A stretch of DNA of 63,877 nt, counting the filler, from Welwitschia mirabilis (lineage: Eukaryota), in NCBI GenBank assembly GCA_051453625.1. It is 6 parts of one record of this genome, joined end to end, with 100 filler letters (N's around TTAATTAATTAA, not from the genome) between each part and the next. Parts side by side here need not be neighbours in the genome. Positions count along the whole stretch, not along the records: positions 25,905 to 27,875 come from JBOZIK010000001.1; positions 27,976 to 42,832 come from JBOZIK010000001.1; 4 more parts are not named here. One strand, written 5' to 3'. Numbering within the stretch: position 1 is the stretch's first letter; each line of letters opens with the position of its first letter. The notes beneath the pieces were generated by a model. The model worked only from the letters and a program-made list of their open reading frames with translations, made no database searches and had not been told where the DNA came from. Positions 25,905 to 37,369 of the stretch are shown here, piece by piece. The position numbers and the translations under genes are program-made.

Positions 25905-27875
25905 AGAGGTGAGAGACCCTTGTGGTCTTTGGTTAGCAAGCATGGTTTGTTGAAGCACATTTACTAAGTTTTCAATGTTGCTATTGATCTTTTCTTGCAC
26001 CTTCCTCATTTCCTCAATGTATTCTCTAAGAGGATCATTTAGACTTTGTTGAGAATGTGGTTGAAAATTGGGATTTTTAAATCTATTCTCAAAAGATTTC
26101 CATTGAGATTGCCCACTTGGTCTTTATTGAAACGGTGATTGGTTCTTAAAGTTAGAAGTTCTTTGGTTGAAAACACAAACTTCTTCAAACATTTTTTCCT
26201 TGCATGTTGGTAATAGGGGACATTCTTTTATTGGATGGAAATCATCTTCAAAAAGTTTGCAACTAAAAGTTGAAGGTTCATTCTTAACAACCATTGTGTC
26301 AACTATCATTTGAGTATACTTCTCTAAAGTAGTATTGAAATCTTTCATCAAATTAGTTAATCCTTCCTTTCTTNNNNNNNNNNTGTAATGTTTTACCTAT
26401 TTTAGGTCTTTTAAAATTTGACCTACAGTGTAGTTTTTCTTAGTGGATTTAGGCCAAGTCTCACTGATCTCCATTAAATTTTTTAGCATGCTCCATGCAT
26501 CATTTAAACTTAAGTTTAACAAATTTTCCCCACAAGAAAAATCCACAAGTTATTTAATTAAAGCAGTTAGTCCATTGTAAAAATAATCCACTAGTTCTTC
26601 CTTACAAAATTCATTAATAGGGTTGAAATGACTAGCAATTATAAAATGTTCATACGCAGTTGCATAATATTCATGTGGTTGTTGTTGGAGGTTGATGACT
26701 TCTTTTCTTCTCATCCTCATAGTACTTTTACTCAAAAATCGTTTAATGAAAACTTCTTACACTTAACTCTAAGATTTCAGACTTTTATGTGGAATGGTTT
26801 TTAGCCAAGTTTTTTCCCTACCTCTAAGGGTAATAGGAAAAATAATCATATAGGTTTGATCACTAATACATGTTTTTCCATTTCTAGATGTAAGCATGAG
26901 TTGTTTTATGTTAGCTAGATGTTGAAAAAGGTCTTCTTTTGGTTCCCCTGAAAAGGTTGGATATGCACTTAGATTTCTTAACTCTACATTGTCTCCAAGA
27001 GGTAAATCAAAAGTATTTTGAATTTCACATTTTCTATTAGCAACTAAATCTCTAAGCATAATGTTTACATTTGAAGAAAAAGTTCCTAAAACAATTAGAC
27101 TATTAGAAGAAGCTGCTTGCTTTTGTTTTTGTGACGCCTTTGACATATTCGACATTTTTGAATAAACAATATAATCGCCTTCTATACTATACTTTTCTTT
27201 TACGAAATCTTTAATTCTTCTTCAATTCTAGGAATTTTCATACCTAGAGTTTGCATACCTGGATTTAATTCAAAGTCAATCAATCCTTCTTTGATATTTT
27301 CTTTAATTAAAACCTGTTCTCTCTGATATTTTGTCTTTTTACTAGTATTTATCATATCCCTACATGTTCAAATAATTAATAGAAAGGAGAAATCAAAAAT
27401 AGCAGACCATCGTCTGCCTTGTCATGGGAATGACAGGATGGACGATGATAACAATGAATAAGAAATTTGTAATTGCAGGAACTCAAAAAAATAAAAAATT
27501 GTCGTCTCGAAGTGTTATAAAAATGACATGAAGGATGACTGAAATTTTTATTTTATGGAAAGAAAAATACTAGTATATGAAAAATGCAGTAAATTTTTTA
27601 ATATTTCATCCTCTCAGATCATGGGGATGACAGAAAATATGACAGAGAAATAAAAAGAAAATGCAGAAATTTAATTTGTAGAATTAGACCTACTTTAACC
27701 TAAACTAGAAAAGTATAGCACTAATTCAAAGTAAATAATATAAACAGAAAAAATTCAAAATACTTACTTGATTAGTGAAAATCCTCTTAACTCCTTGTGG
27801 CCTTCCCCAGCAATGATGTCAAAATGTTGCAATGTAAATTTATGCAATCTAAGAATCACTTTAGATAACCTATAG
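25905..27875 (-). mobile_element. Athila-like family copy A: LTR end, PBS, 5' UTR and gag (bounded by scaffold linkers)
   Basis: gag ORFs 26769-27155 (YPTFSGEPKEDLFQHL..IFPITLRGREKTWL), 26550-26735 and 26124-26351; PBS-like ttttgacatcattgctgggga after LTR end ...gcaaca at ~27825; colinear with 31910-34540. Confidence 0.9.
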
Positions 27876-27975
27876 NNNNNNNNNNNNNNNNNNNNNNNNN
27901 NNNNNNNNNNNNNNNNNNNTTAATTAATTAANNNNNNNNNNNNNNNNNNNNNNNNNNNNNNNNNNNNNNNNNNNN
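27876..27975. other. Artificial scaffold linker
   Basis: 44N-TTAATTAATTAA-44N. Confidence 0.95.
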
Positions 27976-28049
27976 AGTGCTTCTATCATGTTCAAGGTTT
28001 TATTAGAAAATGACTCATAAAGTTTTAACCTTTTTCCATTAACTTTTTG

Positions 28050-30700
28050 GATTTCTTTAGTATTTAGATCAGAAATTTTAACTAAGCCATTTGAGTGTAC
28101 TTTTTTGATAAGATAAGGGCCTAATCATTTATAAGTTAACTTCTTGTGTAGAAGGTGTACTCAGGTGTTATATAATAAAACAAATTGGTCAAGTTCAAAC
28201 TGTTTATGAATAATATTTTTATCATATTCAAACTTGGCTTGAGTATTGTGAATAAGTTAACGATGTAGGCATGAGTACATTTTTCATCTAGGTGGTTGAG
28301 CTAGGTTAAACAAATTTTGAGATTTTTGTTCAAGTCAGCAAGGTTCAGTTAATAGGTAGAATGATAAGAATTATAGCAAACATCAACTGGTAAAACACAC
28401 ACTTTACTGTACACAATTTCATAGGGTGAGAAACCTAGAGAGTTATACCAAGTAGTACGATAAGCCCAAAGAACATCATTAAGTTTAGAGGACCAAGTCT
28501 TTTTATTGACAAAAACTAATGTTTGAAGCATTTTTTTGATCTCTCTATTTGCATTTTCATCTAAATCATTAGTTTGAGGATGCTAAAAATAAGCAACTCT
28601 ATGTTTAACACTAATAGATAGAAGAAGTTTTCAAAATAGGTAAGTAATGAAATGGGTACCTTAATCACTAATGATAATACATGGAAATCCAAATCGTTGA
28701 AAACTATGAGTTTGAACAAAGTTACAAACAATTCGGGCATCATTTTTGGTGATAGGAGTAGATTCAATCCACTTAGTAACATAATCCATAGCTATAAAAT
28801 ATAATTTTTCTCATTGGAAGGTGGTAAAATTGTGCCCACAAAGTGGATTTCCAAATAATTAAATGGTTCACATTCAAGTATAGGTTTGAGAAGCATATCA
28901 TTAAAATGAGTGAAACTACCATAACGTTGATAGATATCAAACTTTTAAAAAAAGTTAAATGAATCTTTAAAAAGAGTTAGCCAATATAAGCTAGAGTGAA
29001 GAATTTTCATGATTATCTTTTGTCCACTAAAGTGTCTTCCACAAACTCCACCATGACAAAGTGTTAAAATTTTCAAAGTTTCCCATTTAGGCACACATTT
29101 ACACATACTTTGATCTTTGCAATGTTTATAAAGATGCAGCTTATTCCACTCATAATCATCAATCCTATGTAGAAAGGTTTTTTGTTGATTATGATTTTAG
29201 TCAGTAGATAATTCTTAATATTAGCATACTAAGGAGCAGGACAAGAAGAAAAGATGGCATACAATTATTTAATTCTAAAGAGTTACTCATTCGAAAAGGA
29301 GTCATTAATAGGAGTTTTATCAATGAAGTAAGTAAGTTGAAAAAGATGGTTAGCCACACTATTATGTTTTCCAGCCTTATCAATGATGGTAAGATTCAAT
29401 TCTTGCATTAAAAGGATCCATCTAATAAGTCTAGCACTTGAATCTTTCTTTGTCATGAGATAATGGATGGTTGCATGATCTGTATAACATTGATATGGAA
29501 ACCAAGAAAATAGTATTAAAAATGGTCTAAGCAAAAAATGATAGCAAGAACTTCTCTCTCAGTGGTAGTGTAGTTGGATTGGGCACTTGTCAAAGTTTTG
29601 CTAAGATAAGATATAACTTTGAATCCATTCTCATATTTTTGACTGAGACCCCCCTCCCCTTATAGTAATATTACTTGCATCACACATAAGTTCAAAATCT
29701 TTGTTTCAATCAAGACCCGTGTCAATAAGTTCGAAAGAGATTATATCCTTAAGAGTTTCATAAGCAAGTTGACATGAATCAGATCACTCAAATTTAACAT
29801 CTTTTTCAAGTAGAGAGTGAAGAGGTTTATAAGTTTTAGCATAGTCATGGATTAATCGATGGTAAAAACTAGTATGTCCAAGGAAAGATCTAACTTGTTT
29901 GATATTTGTTAAAAGGTTAATATTTTTAATGGTATCTACCTTTGTGGGGTCCATCCTAATCTCTTCCTTTGAAATGTGGTGACCTAAAATAATTCCATGT
30001 TGAACAAGGAAGAAACTCTTTTTCCAACTCAAGTATAACCTACTTTCAATACATTTATCAAGGACTTTTTCTAATCTCGGCACAGTTTATTTGAAAGTAT
30101 CACCAAAGATGGAAAAATCATCCATAAAGATTTCTATAGAGTCTTCTGTTATATTAGAAAATATTTCTATCATGGCTCATTGAAAAGTCCCAGGGGCATT
30201 GCAAAGTCCAAATGGCATTCATTTAAAATCAAAGGTTCTAAAGAGAGATGTGAAGGTGCTTTTAGCTTGGTCTTTGTTTACTATGCAATTTTTATTATAG
30301 CCACTATACCCATCAAAAAAATGATAATAAGCATAACCTTGAATTCTATCAAGAACTTGATCAAGAAAAGATAAAGGACAATGATATTTTTTGCTGACCT
30401 CATTGAGTGTTTTAAAGTTAATGCACATTCTCCATTTTCCACCTTTCTTTAGCACTACTATTAAAGGGCTAACCCACTCACTATCTGCTATGGCATAAAT
30501 TATTCTAGCATTCATAAGTTTAATTATTTCATCTTTAACAATTTATTTAAGGGCTAGATTTAGTCTTTTTTAGGGTTATCTAACAGGTTTGGCATTGTTC
30601 TTAAGATAGATTTTATGTTAAACTATGGAAAGAGGAATGTCATCCAAGTCTTTATGTGTCCAAGAAAAGGCATTTTTATTTGACTTTAAAAGAGAGGTAA
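28050..30700 (-). pseudogene. RT-RNase H-integrase of copy B (interrupted by stops and frameshifts)
   Basis: ORF fragments 30219-30515, 29784-30083, 29283-29534 and 28349-28531 carry canonical gypsy RT, RH and INT motifs in order. Confidence 0.92.
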
Positions 30701-33700
30701 AATCTGATTCTTGTTAAGGAGTAATAAGGTCACTAATTATCAGAGGTTTCATTTTTTTTTCAAACACGAATATGTATTTTAGACTGTGGGCTATCATCTT
30801 ATCTTTTATAGGGACGACAGGAAGGAAACAACATTGTTCAAAAAGTTTTTCTATCGAGTATCGATGTTGGGTTTCTTCCTCATCCTCAAAAACATCATTC
30901 TTAGATTTAAAATAGTCTATTTTAGTTGGATCATCCTATAATGTTAGCTCATGTAGCATAATTAACATCTCTTCTATGGATCGATGTTATAAAAATAAAG
31001 TTGGTCTCAAATCATCTTCAATATTAAAATAAGTTCTATGTCTTTTTTAGTAGCATCAAAGACCCTAATGGGAATGTATTTATTGTCTAAGTGATATTTC
31101 ATCATTCCAAATCGAGTGTCAATGATACAATAAGCTATAGTGCAAAAAGCTCTTCCTAGAAGTAGTGAATACCCTTCATCATGCTCTATTTTAATTATGA
31201 TAAAATCAATGGGATAAAAAGCTTCCTCAATTTAGATGACTAAATTTTGATGATTCCTAAAGGTTTCTTAATTAAGGTATCAGTTAGTTCTAAGATAATA
31301 GGTGTAGGTTTAACTCTACTTTATAATCCAAATCTCTTGCATATATGAATAGGCATAATATTCACACTTTTACCTATGTCAATCAAAGACTTCCTAATTC
31401 TTTTTTTTCTTCTAAGGTAACACTAATAGTTACAGCCCCAGGATCTTTGAATTTAGGACATTTTTTCATTACTAAGTTGAAAAGAGATTGGACGAGAAAG
31501 ACTTTACAAGGAATGACATGTTTTTGCTTTCTTCTCACTAAGTCCTTTTATAACTTAGAATATTTGGAGTTTTCTTGTAAGAGTTTCCAAAAGGGAAGGT
31601 TGATGTTGACTTCTTGCATTAAGGCTTTTAGATTTTCATCAAATGTAGGATTTGTATTTAATCTATCAAGCCAAGGTGTGGATGATATCTTTTACTTGTT
31701 TTCTTTTAAATTATGTTTGGTGGAGGCTTTAGTAGGTGATGTGAAAGGAAAATTATAAGAATCTAGGATTTCTACATCATCTTCCTCAATTGCTTTATTT
31801 TCTTTAAAAGTTAAAACCTCATGGATAGGAGTTATTGTATGTTTTCCACTTCTTGTTATAATTTTTAAGTCTCTCCTAACTTCGTTTGGATGGGAATTAC
31901 TTGGAAAGAAAGAGATCCTTGTGGTCTTGGGTTGGTAATCATTGTTTATTGGAGCACATTCACTAGGTTCTCAATGTTTCTATTGGTTTTCTCTTGCACC
32001 TTCTCATTTCTTCAATGGATTCTCTAAGGAAATCATTCAGATTTTGTTGAGAATTTGGTTGGAAGTTGGAATTTTTTAATCTATTCTCAAATGATTTCCA
32101 TTGGGGTCACCCACTTGGTCTTTGTTGAAATGATGGTTAGCTCCTAAAGTTAGGAGTTATTTGGTTAAAAGCACATACTACCTTAAACATTCTTTCTTTG
32201 CATGTTAGTAGCAAGGGACATTTTTTTGTTAAATGGGAATCATCTTCACGAAGTTCATAGTTAGAAGTTGAAGATTCATTCTTAACAACCTTTGTGTCAA
32301 CTATCATTTGAGTATACTTTTCTAAAGTAGTAGTGAAATATTTCATTAAATTAGTTGAATCCTTCCTTTCTTCTTCATTATCATGTTTTATCTCTTTAGT
32401 CTTTTAAAATTTATTCTATAGTATGGTTTTTCTTAGTGGGCTTAGGCCAAGTCTGACTGATTTCCACTAAATTATCTAGCATACTCCAAGCATCATCTAA
32501 GCATAATTTCAACAAATTTCCTCCACAAGAAACGTTTATAAGTTATTTGATTGAAGCATTTAGTTCACTATAAAAATAATCTATTAGTTCTTCCTTAAGA
32601 AATTCATTAATAGGGTTGGAATCACTAGCAATTATAAAACATTCATAAGATATTACATAATCTTCATGAGGTTGTTATTAGAAGTTGGTTACTTCTTTTC
32701 TTCTCTTTCTCATATTACTTTCATTCAAGAATCTTTCAATGAACACTGCTTGCACTTGACTCCATGATTTAATACTTTTATGTGAGATGGTTTTGAATCA
32801 AATTTTTGCCTTCCCTCTAAGGATAATTGGAAAAGTAATCATGTATGTAAGATCTCAATGTAAGATCAAATTGCTCTATGTTGGCTAGATGTTGAAAAGG
32901 ATCTTCTTCAAGTTCCCCTAAAAAGATTGTATAAGCACTTAAATTTCTTAACGCTACATTATCTCTAAGTAGTAAATCAAAAGTATTTTGAATTTTTTAT
33001 TTCCTATTAGTAATTAAATCCCTAAGAATAATGTTCGAATTTGAAAAAGAAGTTCCTATTATGGTTGGAACATTAGAATAAGCTACTTACTTTTGTTTTC
33101 GTGATACTTTCGAAATATTTGACATTTTTGAAGAAATAATACAATCACCTTCTATACCATAATTTTATCTTGTAAAATCATATTTTCATATAATAAAAGC
33201 CAAAAAATATTGTTCTTCAATTTTAGAAATTTTTGGATACTTAGGGTATGCATGCCTGGATTTCATTCAAAGTTAATTAATTCTTATTTAATATTTTCTT
33301 TAATTAGGTTCCATTTTCTCTGATATTTTATCTTCTTAATAATATTCATCATATCCCTACATGCTAAAACAACTAACATAAAAATCAATAGTAGTAGACC
33401 ACTATTCATTTAGTTGTGGGAATAATAGTTAAGACAATGATCATAGTAAATAAAAAATATGAAATTATAAAAACTTAGAAAGAACAGTAGGCTATCATCT
33501 AGGTATGTCATGGGGATAATAGAAAGGATGTTAGGATATTTATTTTAAGGAAAAGAAAATTTGGAAATGTGGAAATTCAAGGAAAAAAATTATACTATTA
33601 TCCTCTCAAGTTTAAGAATGATAGATAAAATGACAAGGAAATAGAAAGAAAATGCAGAAATTTAAGTTGCAGAAATAAACCTAATTTAACCTAGCTAGAA

Positions 33701-34467
33701 AAAANNNNNNNNNNNNNNNNNNNNNNNNNNNNNNNNNNNNNNNNNNNNNNNNNNNNNNNNNNNNNNNNNNNNNNNNNNNNNNNNNNNNNNNNNNNNNNNN
33801 NNNNNNNNNNNNNNNNNNNNNNNNNNNNNNNNNNNNNNNNNNNNNNNNNNNNNNNNNNNNNNNNNNNNNNNNNNNNNNNNNNNNNNNNNNNNNNNNNNNN
33901 NNNNNNNNNNNNNNNNNNNNNNNNNNNNNNNNNNNNNNNNNNNNNNNNNNNNNNNNNNNNNNNNNNNNNNNNNNNNNNNNNNNNNNNNNNNNNNNNNNNN
34001 NNNNNNNNNNNNNNNNNNNNNNNNNNNNNNNNNNNNNNNNNNNNNNNNNNTAATAGAATGGAGAAATCAAAAATAGTAGACCATCATTCGTCTAGTCATG
34101 GGAACGATAGGCAGGATAATGATCATAGTAAATGAAAAATTCGAAATTACAGAAACTCAGAAAAGATAGTAGATTATTGTTTGGGTATGTCGTGGAGATG
34201 ACGAAAAGGATGATAAGAGATTTATTTTATAGAAATGAAAATGCAAAAATGTGGAAAAATTTTCAGACTATCATCCTTTTAGGTCATGAGAACAATAGTC
34301 AAGACAATAGGGGAATAAAAAGAAAATGCAGAAATTTAAGTTATAGAAATAAATCTACTTTTAATCTAAGCTAAAAAAATATAGCAATAATTCAAAATAG
34401 ATAACCTGAATAGAAAGATTCAAGGTACTTATCTAATTAGTGACAATCCTCTTAGCTCCTTATGGCC

Positions 34468-34489
34468 TTCCCCAACAATGGTGCTCAAA
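34468..34489 (-). promoter_or_regulatory. Degraded Athila-type (tRNA-Asp-like) primer binding site of copy B
   Basis: Minus strand ...ccgcaaca|tttgagcaccattgttgggga resembles TGGCGCCGTTGCCGGGGA with transition changes. Confidence 0.75.
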
Positions 34490-34780
34490 TGTTGCGGTGT
34501 GAATTTATACAATCTAGAAATCCTTTAAATAAATCTATAAATCATGTAAATTACAAAAGACACACTCTAGTATAAATGGGAGTTTACCAATTATCATAAT
34601 CCAATAAAGGCACTAGGCTTATACTTAGAGAATTGATTTCACCAATGTATTTTAGTTCTTTTTTTCTTTATAAAAACTGAAAGAAAATAACTCAAGTAAA
34701 TGCAATGCTTAAATAAAAATGAGACGCAAGTGAATGAAAATGGAAATAAAAATGTAAATAGAAATGGGAATAAAAATGGA
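34490..34780 (-). repeat. Truncated 5' LTR (U5 end) of copy B
   Basis: Ends in ...CGCAACA next to the PBS; shares tagcct..ttt.a.tggattatga...actcccat.tatactag.gtgt with the 3' end of the LTR at 49840-49982; no TG-starting 5' end is present. Confidence 0.7.
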
Positions 34781-34954
34781 TAACTTCACAGAAGCTAGAT
34801 ACTGTAGAATGCTGGATTTACTACTGGATTGATCACCCACAACAACAATTGCAGGGAGATCGATTCCTTCACTAATGATGTCGAGATTGCGCAGCCTTTT
34901 GACCATGTTGAGAAGTGGCCTCATCTGCTACTAATACAACATTTCCAGACTACT
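34781..34954 (-). pseudogene. DRP4: 5' fragment of a dynamin-related Mx-like GTPase (plant DRP4 subfamily)
   Basis: SSLEMLY**QMRPLLNMVKRLRNLDIISEGIDLPAIVVVGDQSSSKSSILQYLASVKL matches DRP4/Mx IRPLLD.VD.LR.L....EGI.LPTIVVVGDQSSGKSSVLESLAGI.LP; P-loop G>S (GGT>AGT), two in-frame TAG, homology stops before PRGxGICTR. Confidence 0.85.
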
Positions 34955-36499
34955 TTTATATGTAGAGGTACCATTTTTATTGAGAGATGAGAAAGAGAAC
35001 TATAATTTAAGAGGCATTTCTGTCTGAGATAGTGTCTGCAGTGCCTAATCTTTTTTTCCTTCGGACTATTTTTGTTTTTGTAGAGAAGAGTCATTGTTGT
35101 CAGTAACAAGGGAATGAGAGTCATTGTTGTCTATAAGGAGGTAATAAAAACTAGAATACTGATGCAGAGAATCATTTAAGGTCTTATTCATCTTTTGCAC
35201 CATCAGTAGTCACCCTTCGAGATTCATCACAGAGAAATAGAAAGGGTTCTAAGGAAGAAAGGAAAGCTATAGAAAAGAAGAAGGGCATTTGTGTAAGAAA
35301 TAGGGAGTTGAAAAGATCCAAAACAGTTTTTCTAGTTATGGAAGAAGACATGAGAGTTACTTATAGTGTTAATTAAGTGAAAGAAAAGGATTTGCAGGAT
35401 CTTCTATGTAGAAAAGATTTTATAAGAAGATTTTCCATTGTTTTTCATTTGAATTTCTGAGAAAGTGAGTGTGACAAAACAATAGAGATATAGAATGCAA
35501 TAAGAAATGATGGTGAAGTGGACTTTCCTGTATTTAACTTTATGGAATTCTGCAACAGTGGATGTTGTTATCGACATTTGTAGGGAAATTTTAATAAGGA
35601 ATGATCGCATATGAAAGTTTCTTCAGAGCAGCTCCCTCGGAAAGACATTTGAATGTTTTCCTGATTGGATTACTAAAACTAAAAATTATTTTTATATTAG
35701 TGGGTTTGGTGATCCTTAATGTTCTCAACCATTTTCTTTACATTGGATGGATGGTGTTGTATTTTGATAATCCTAACTTCTTTTAATGTAAATTTTATAT
35801 ACTATTATAGTTTTAGTAGTAAATGTTTATGGTCTTCGAAAACCTATCATTAGCTTTTTTTCTATACCAAAAATAACATTTCTAATGATATTATTTAAAC
35901 TTATATAACTCTTTGTTTGCACTTATTTGAAGAGCATTGTCTACAGTAGATATCTTATGGACTAGAGGGAAATATTTTATTAAAGAATTTTTTAAGTAGG
36001 CTAGTCTACACAGTGGATACTAGCAAAGCACACACATTATCATAGCATTTGAGAATAATGAATATACAATATTGACTAGCTAAGCTTTTAATGTACTTTT
36101 AATCTTAAATGTGATATAACAGACTTGAACCAATAACATCCAATAATAGAACCTTTGTTTTACCATATAAACTATGTATATCTTTAAAGTTTTATTAAAT
36201 ATTACCACTTAAGATAATATTTTTTAATGTCATATGTGGAGCAATTTTCCAATGTAAGAATACTCAAAATAGCTATTCATTTGTTTGTTTATCATAGTTT
36301 CCAAAAACGTATTTTGTTTATTGCCTTCACCTCTCTTGATAAATTACTATCTGCTCTTTAAAAATAGCTTCTTAAAGTATGAACTAAAGATAATGAGAAT
36401 AACATTCATACTTAGTATAGAATACTAATACTTCATGATGATCTTATTATGTCTTTGGAATTAGACATAGAATTTTATTATCATGTTCCATAAGTGTGA

Positions 36500-36850
36500 A
36501 CACCATTAAAGTGAAATAGGAATCCTTCACTTGTTTTGTTCTCTTTATCCTACGAAAACTGTAAATACCATTAAAGTGAAATATGGATCCTTTACTTCAT
36601 TTTTTTTTGTGTCTTTTTTTAATACTTTACTTTTTTTTGTGCTTTACTTTTAGAAAAGTATGTTTTCTTAACTTTAGTTTTAGAAAAGTATGTTTTCTTA
36701 ACTTTAGTTTTAGAAAAGTATGTTTTGTTAACTTAATTTTTATAAAAGCATAAACATCATTAACTTTATTTTTAGTAAAGTAAACATCATTAACTTTATT
36801 TTTAGTAAAGTCTAGATACCAGTAAAGTAAAATATGATCCTTCACTTGTT
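36500..36850. repeat. Nested minisatellite: ~30-bp tandem units plus three copies of accattaaagtgaaata.gatccttcacttg
   Basis: ttttagaaaagtatgttttcttaactttag x2-3 and taaacatcattaactttatttttagtaaag x2 in 36646-36810; the flanking motif occurs near 36502, 36568 and 36818. Confidence 0.85.
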
Positions 36851-37369
36851 TTTTTATCTTGATGTTTAGAAATTATTCTATACACTAACTTTTTAAAGAA
36901 AGAAGCACATAGTAAAAATTGGTTCAATGACTTATGCTTTTACCAATAGTTATCTTGATAACATATCATAACAAAACTCCTATATAGCAATTTATTACTT
37001 CTCTTACTTCTCTAAAAACTACAATGATAAAATTTCATGGTTATATGACATCCTTTAGTTTGACTTAGAAGAATTTGGACAAGAGGTAATTTCCAGCTAT
37101 AATATTTCTACTATTTATTTAAAAACTAAATTATGCATGCTATGTTATCTCTGATACTCTTAAATATTGTTATAACATAATGCACAAAGTCATATAGACC
37201 ATTCTTTTATTTGCCTTCTACTTAAAATAATTAATCCTTTTCTTAGGTTTTCTATTCTATATAGGACATCTAAAAGAACATTTTTATTACACTATAGTAT
37301 CAAGTACCCTTCTTTAAATCTTTTAAATTAGAATCTAGTCTTATTTACAATTTGCATGCATTACTTGTT

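Larger units (their letters stand above)
27976..34780 (-). mobile_element. Athila-like family copy B: truncated 5' LTR, PBS, gag, PR, RT, RNase H, integrase
   Basis: PR SLIDIGKSVNI/LLLGRAF (31140-31390); RT IIYAIADSEWVSPLIVVLKKGGKWRMCINF, FFDGYSGYN, EIFMDDFSIFG; RH ELMCDASN, YTTTERE, YTDHATIHYL..ARLIRWILLMQE; INT KLNDVLWAYRT..SPYEIVY, LGPY. Confidence 0.95.

Noticed and set aside
31345..31758. 137-aa plus-strand ORF
   Set aside because: Antisense shadow of the gag-protease linker of copy B; no independent protein signal.
36646..36810. 30-bp repeats as a possible CRISPR array
   Set aside because: Units are contiguous with no unique spacers, there are no cas genes, and the context is eukaryotic.
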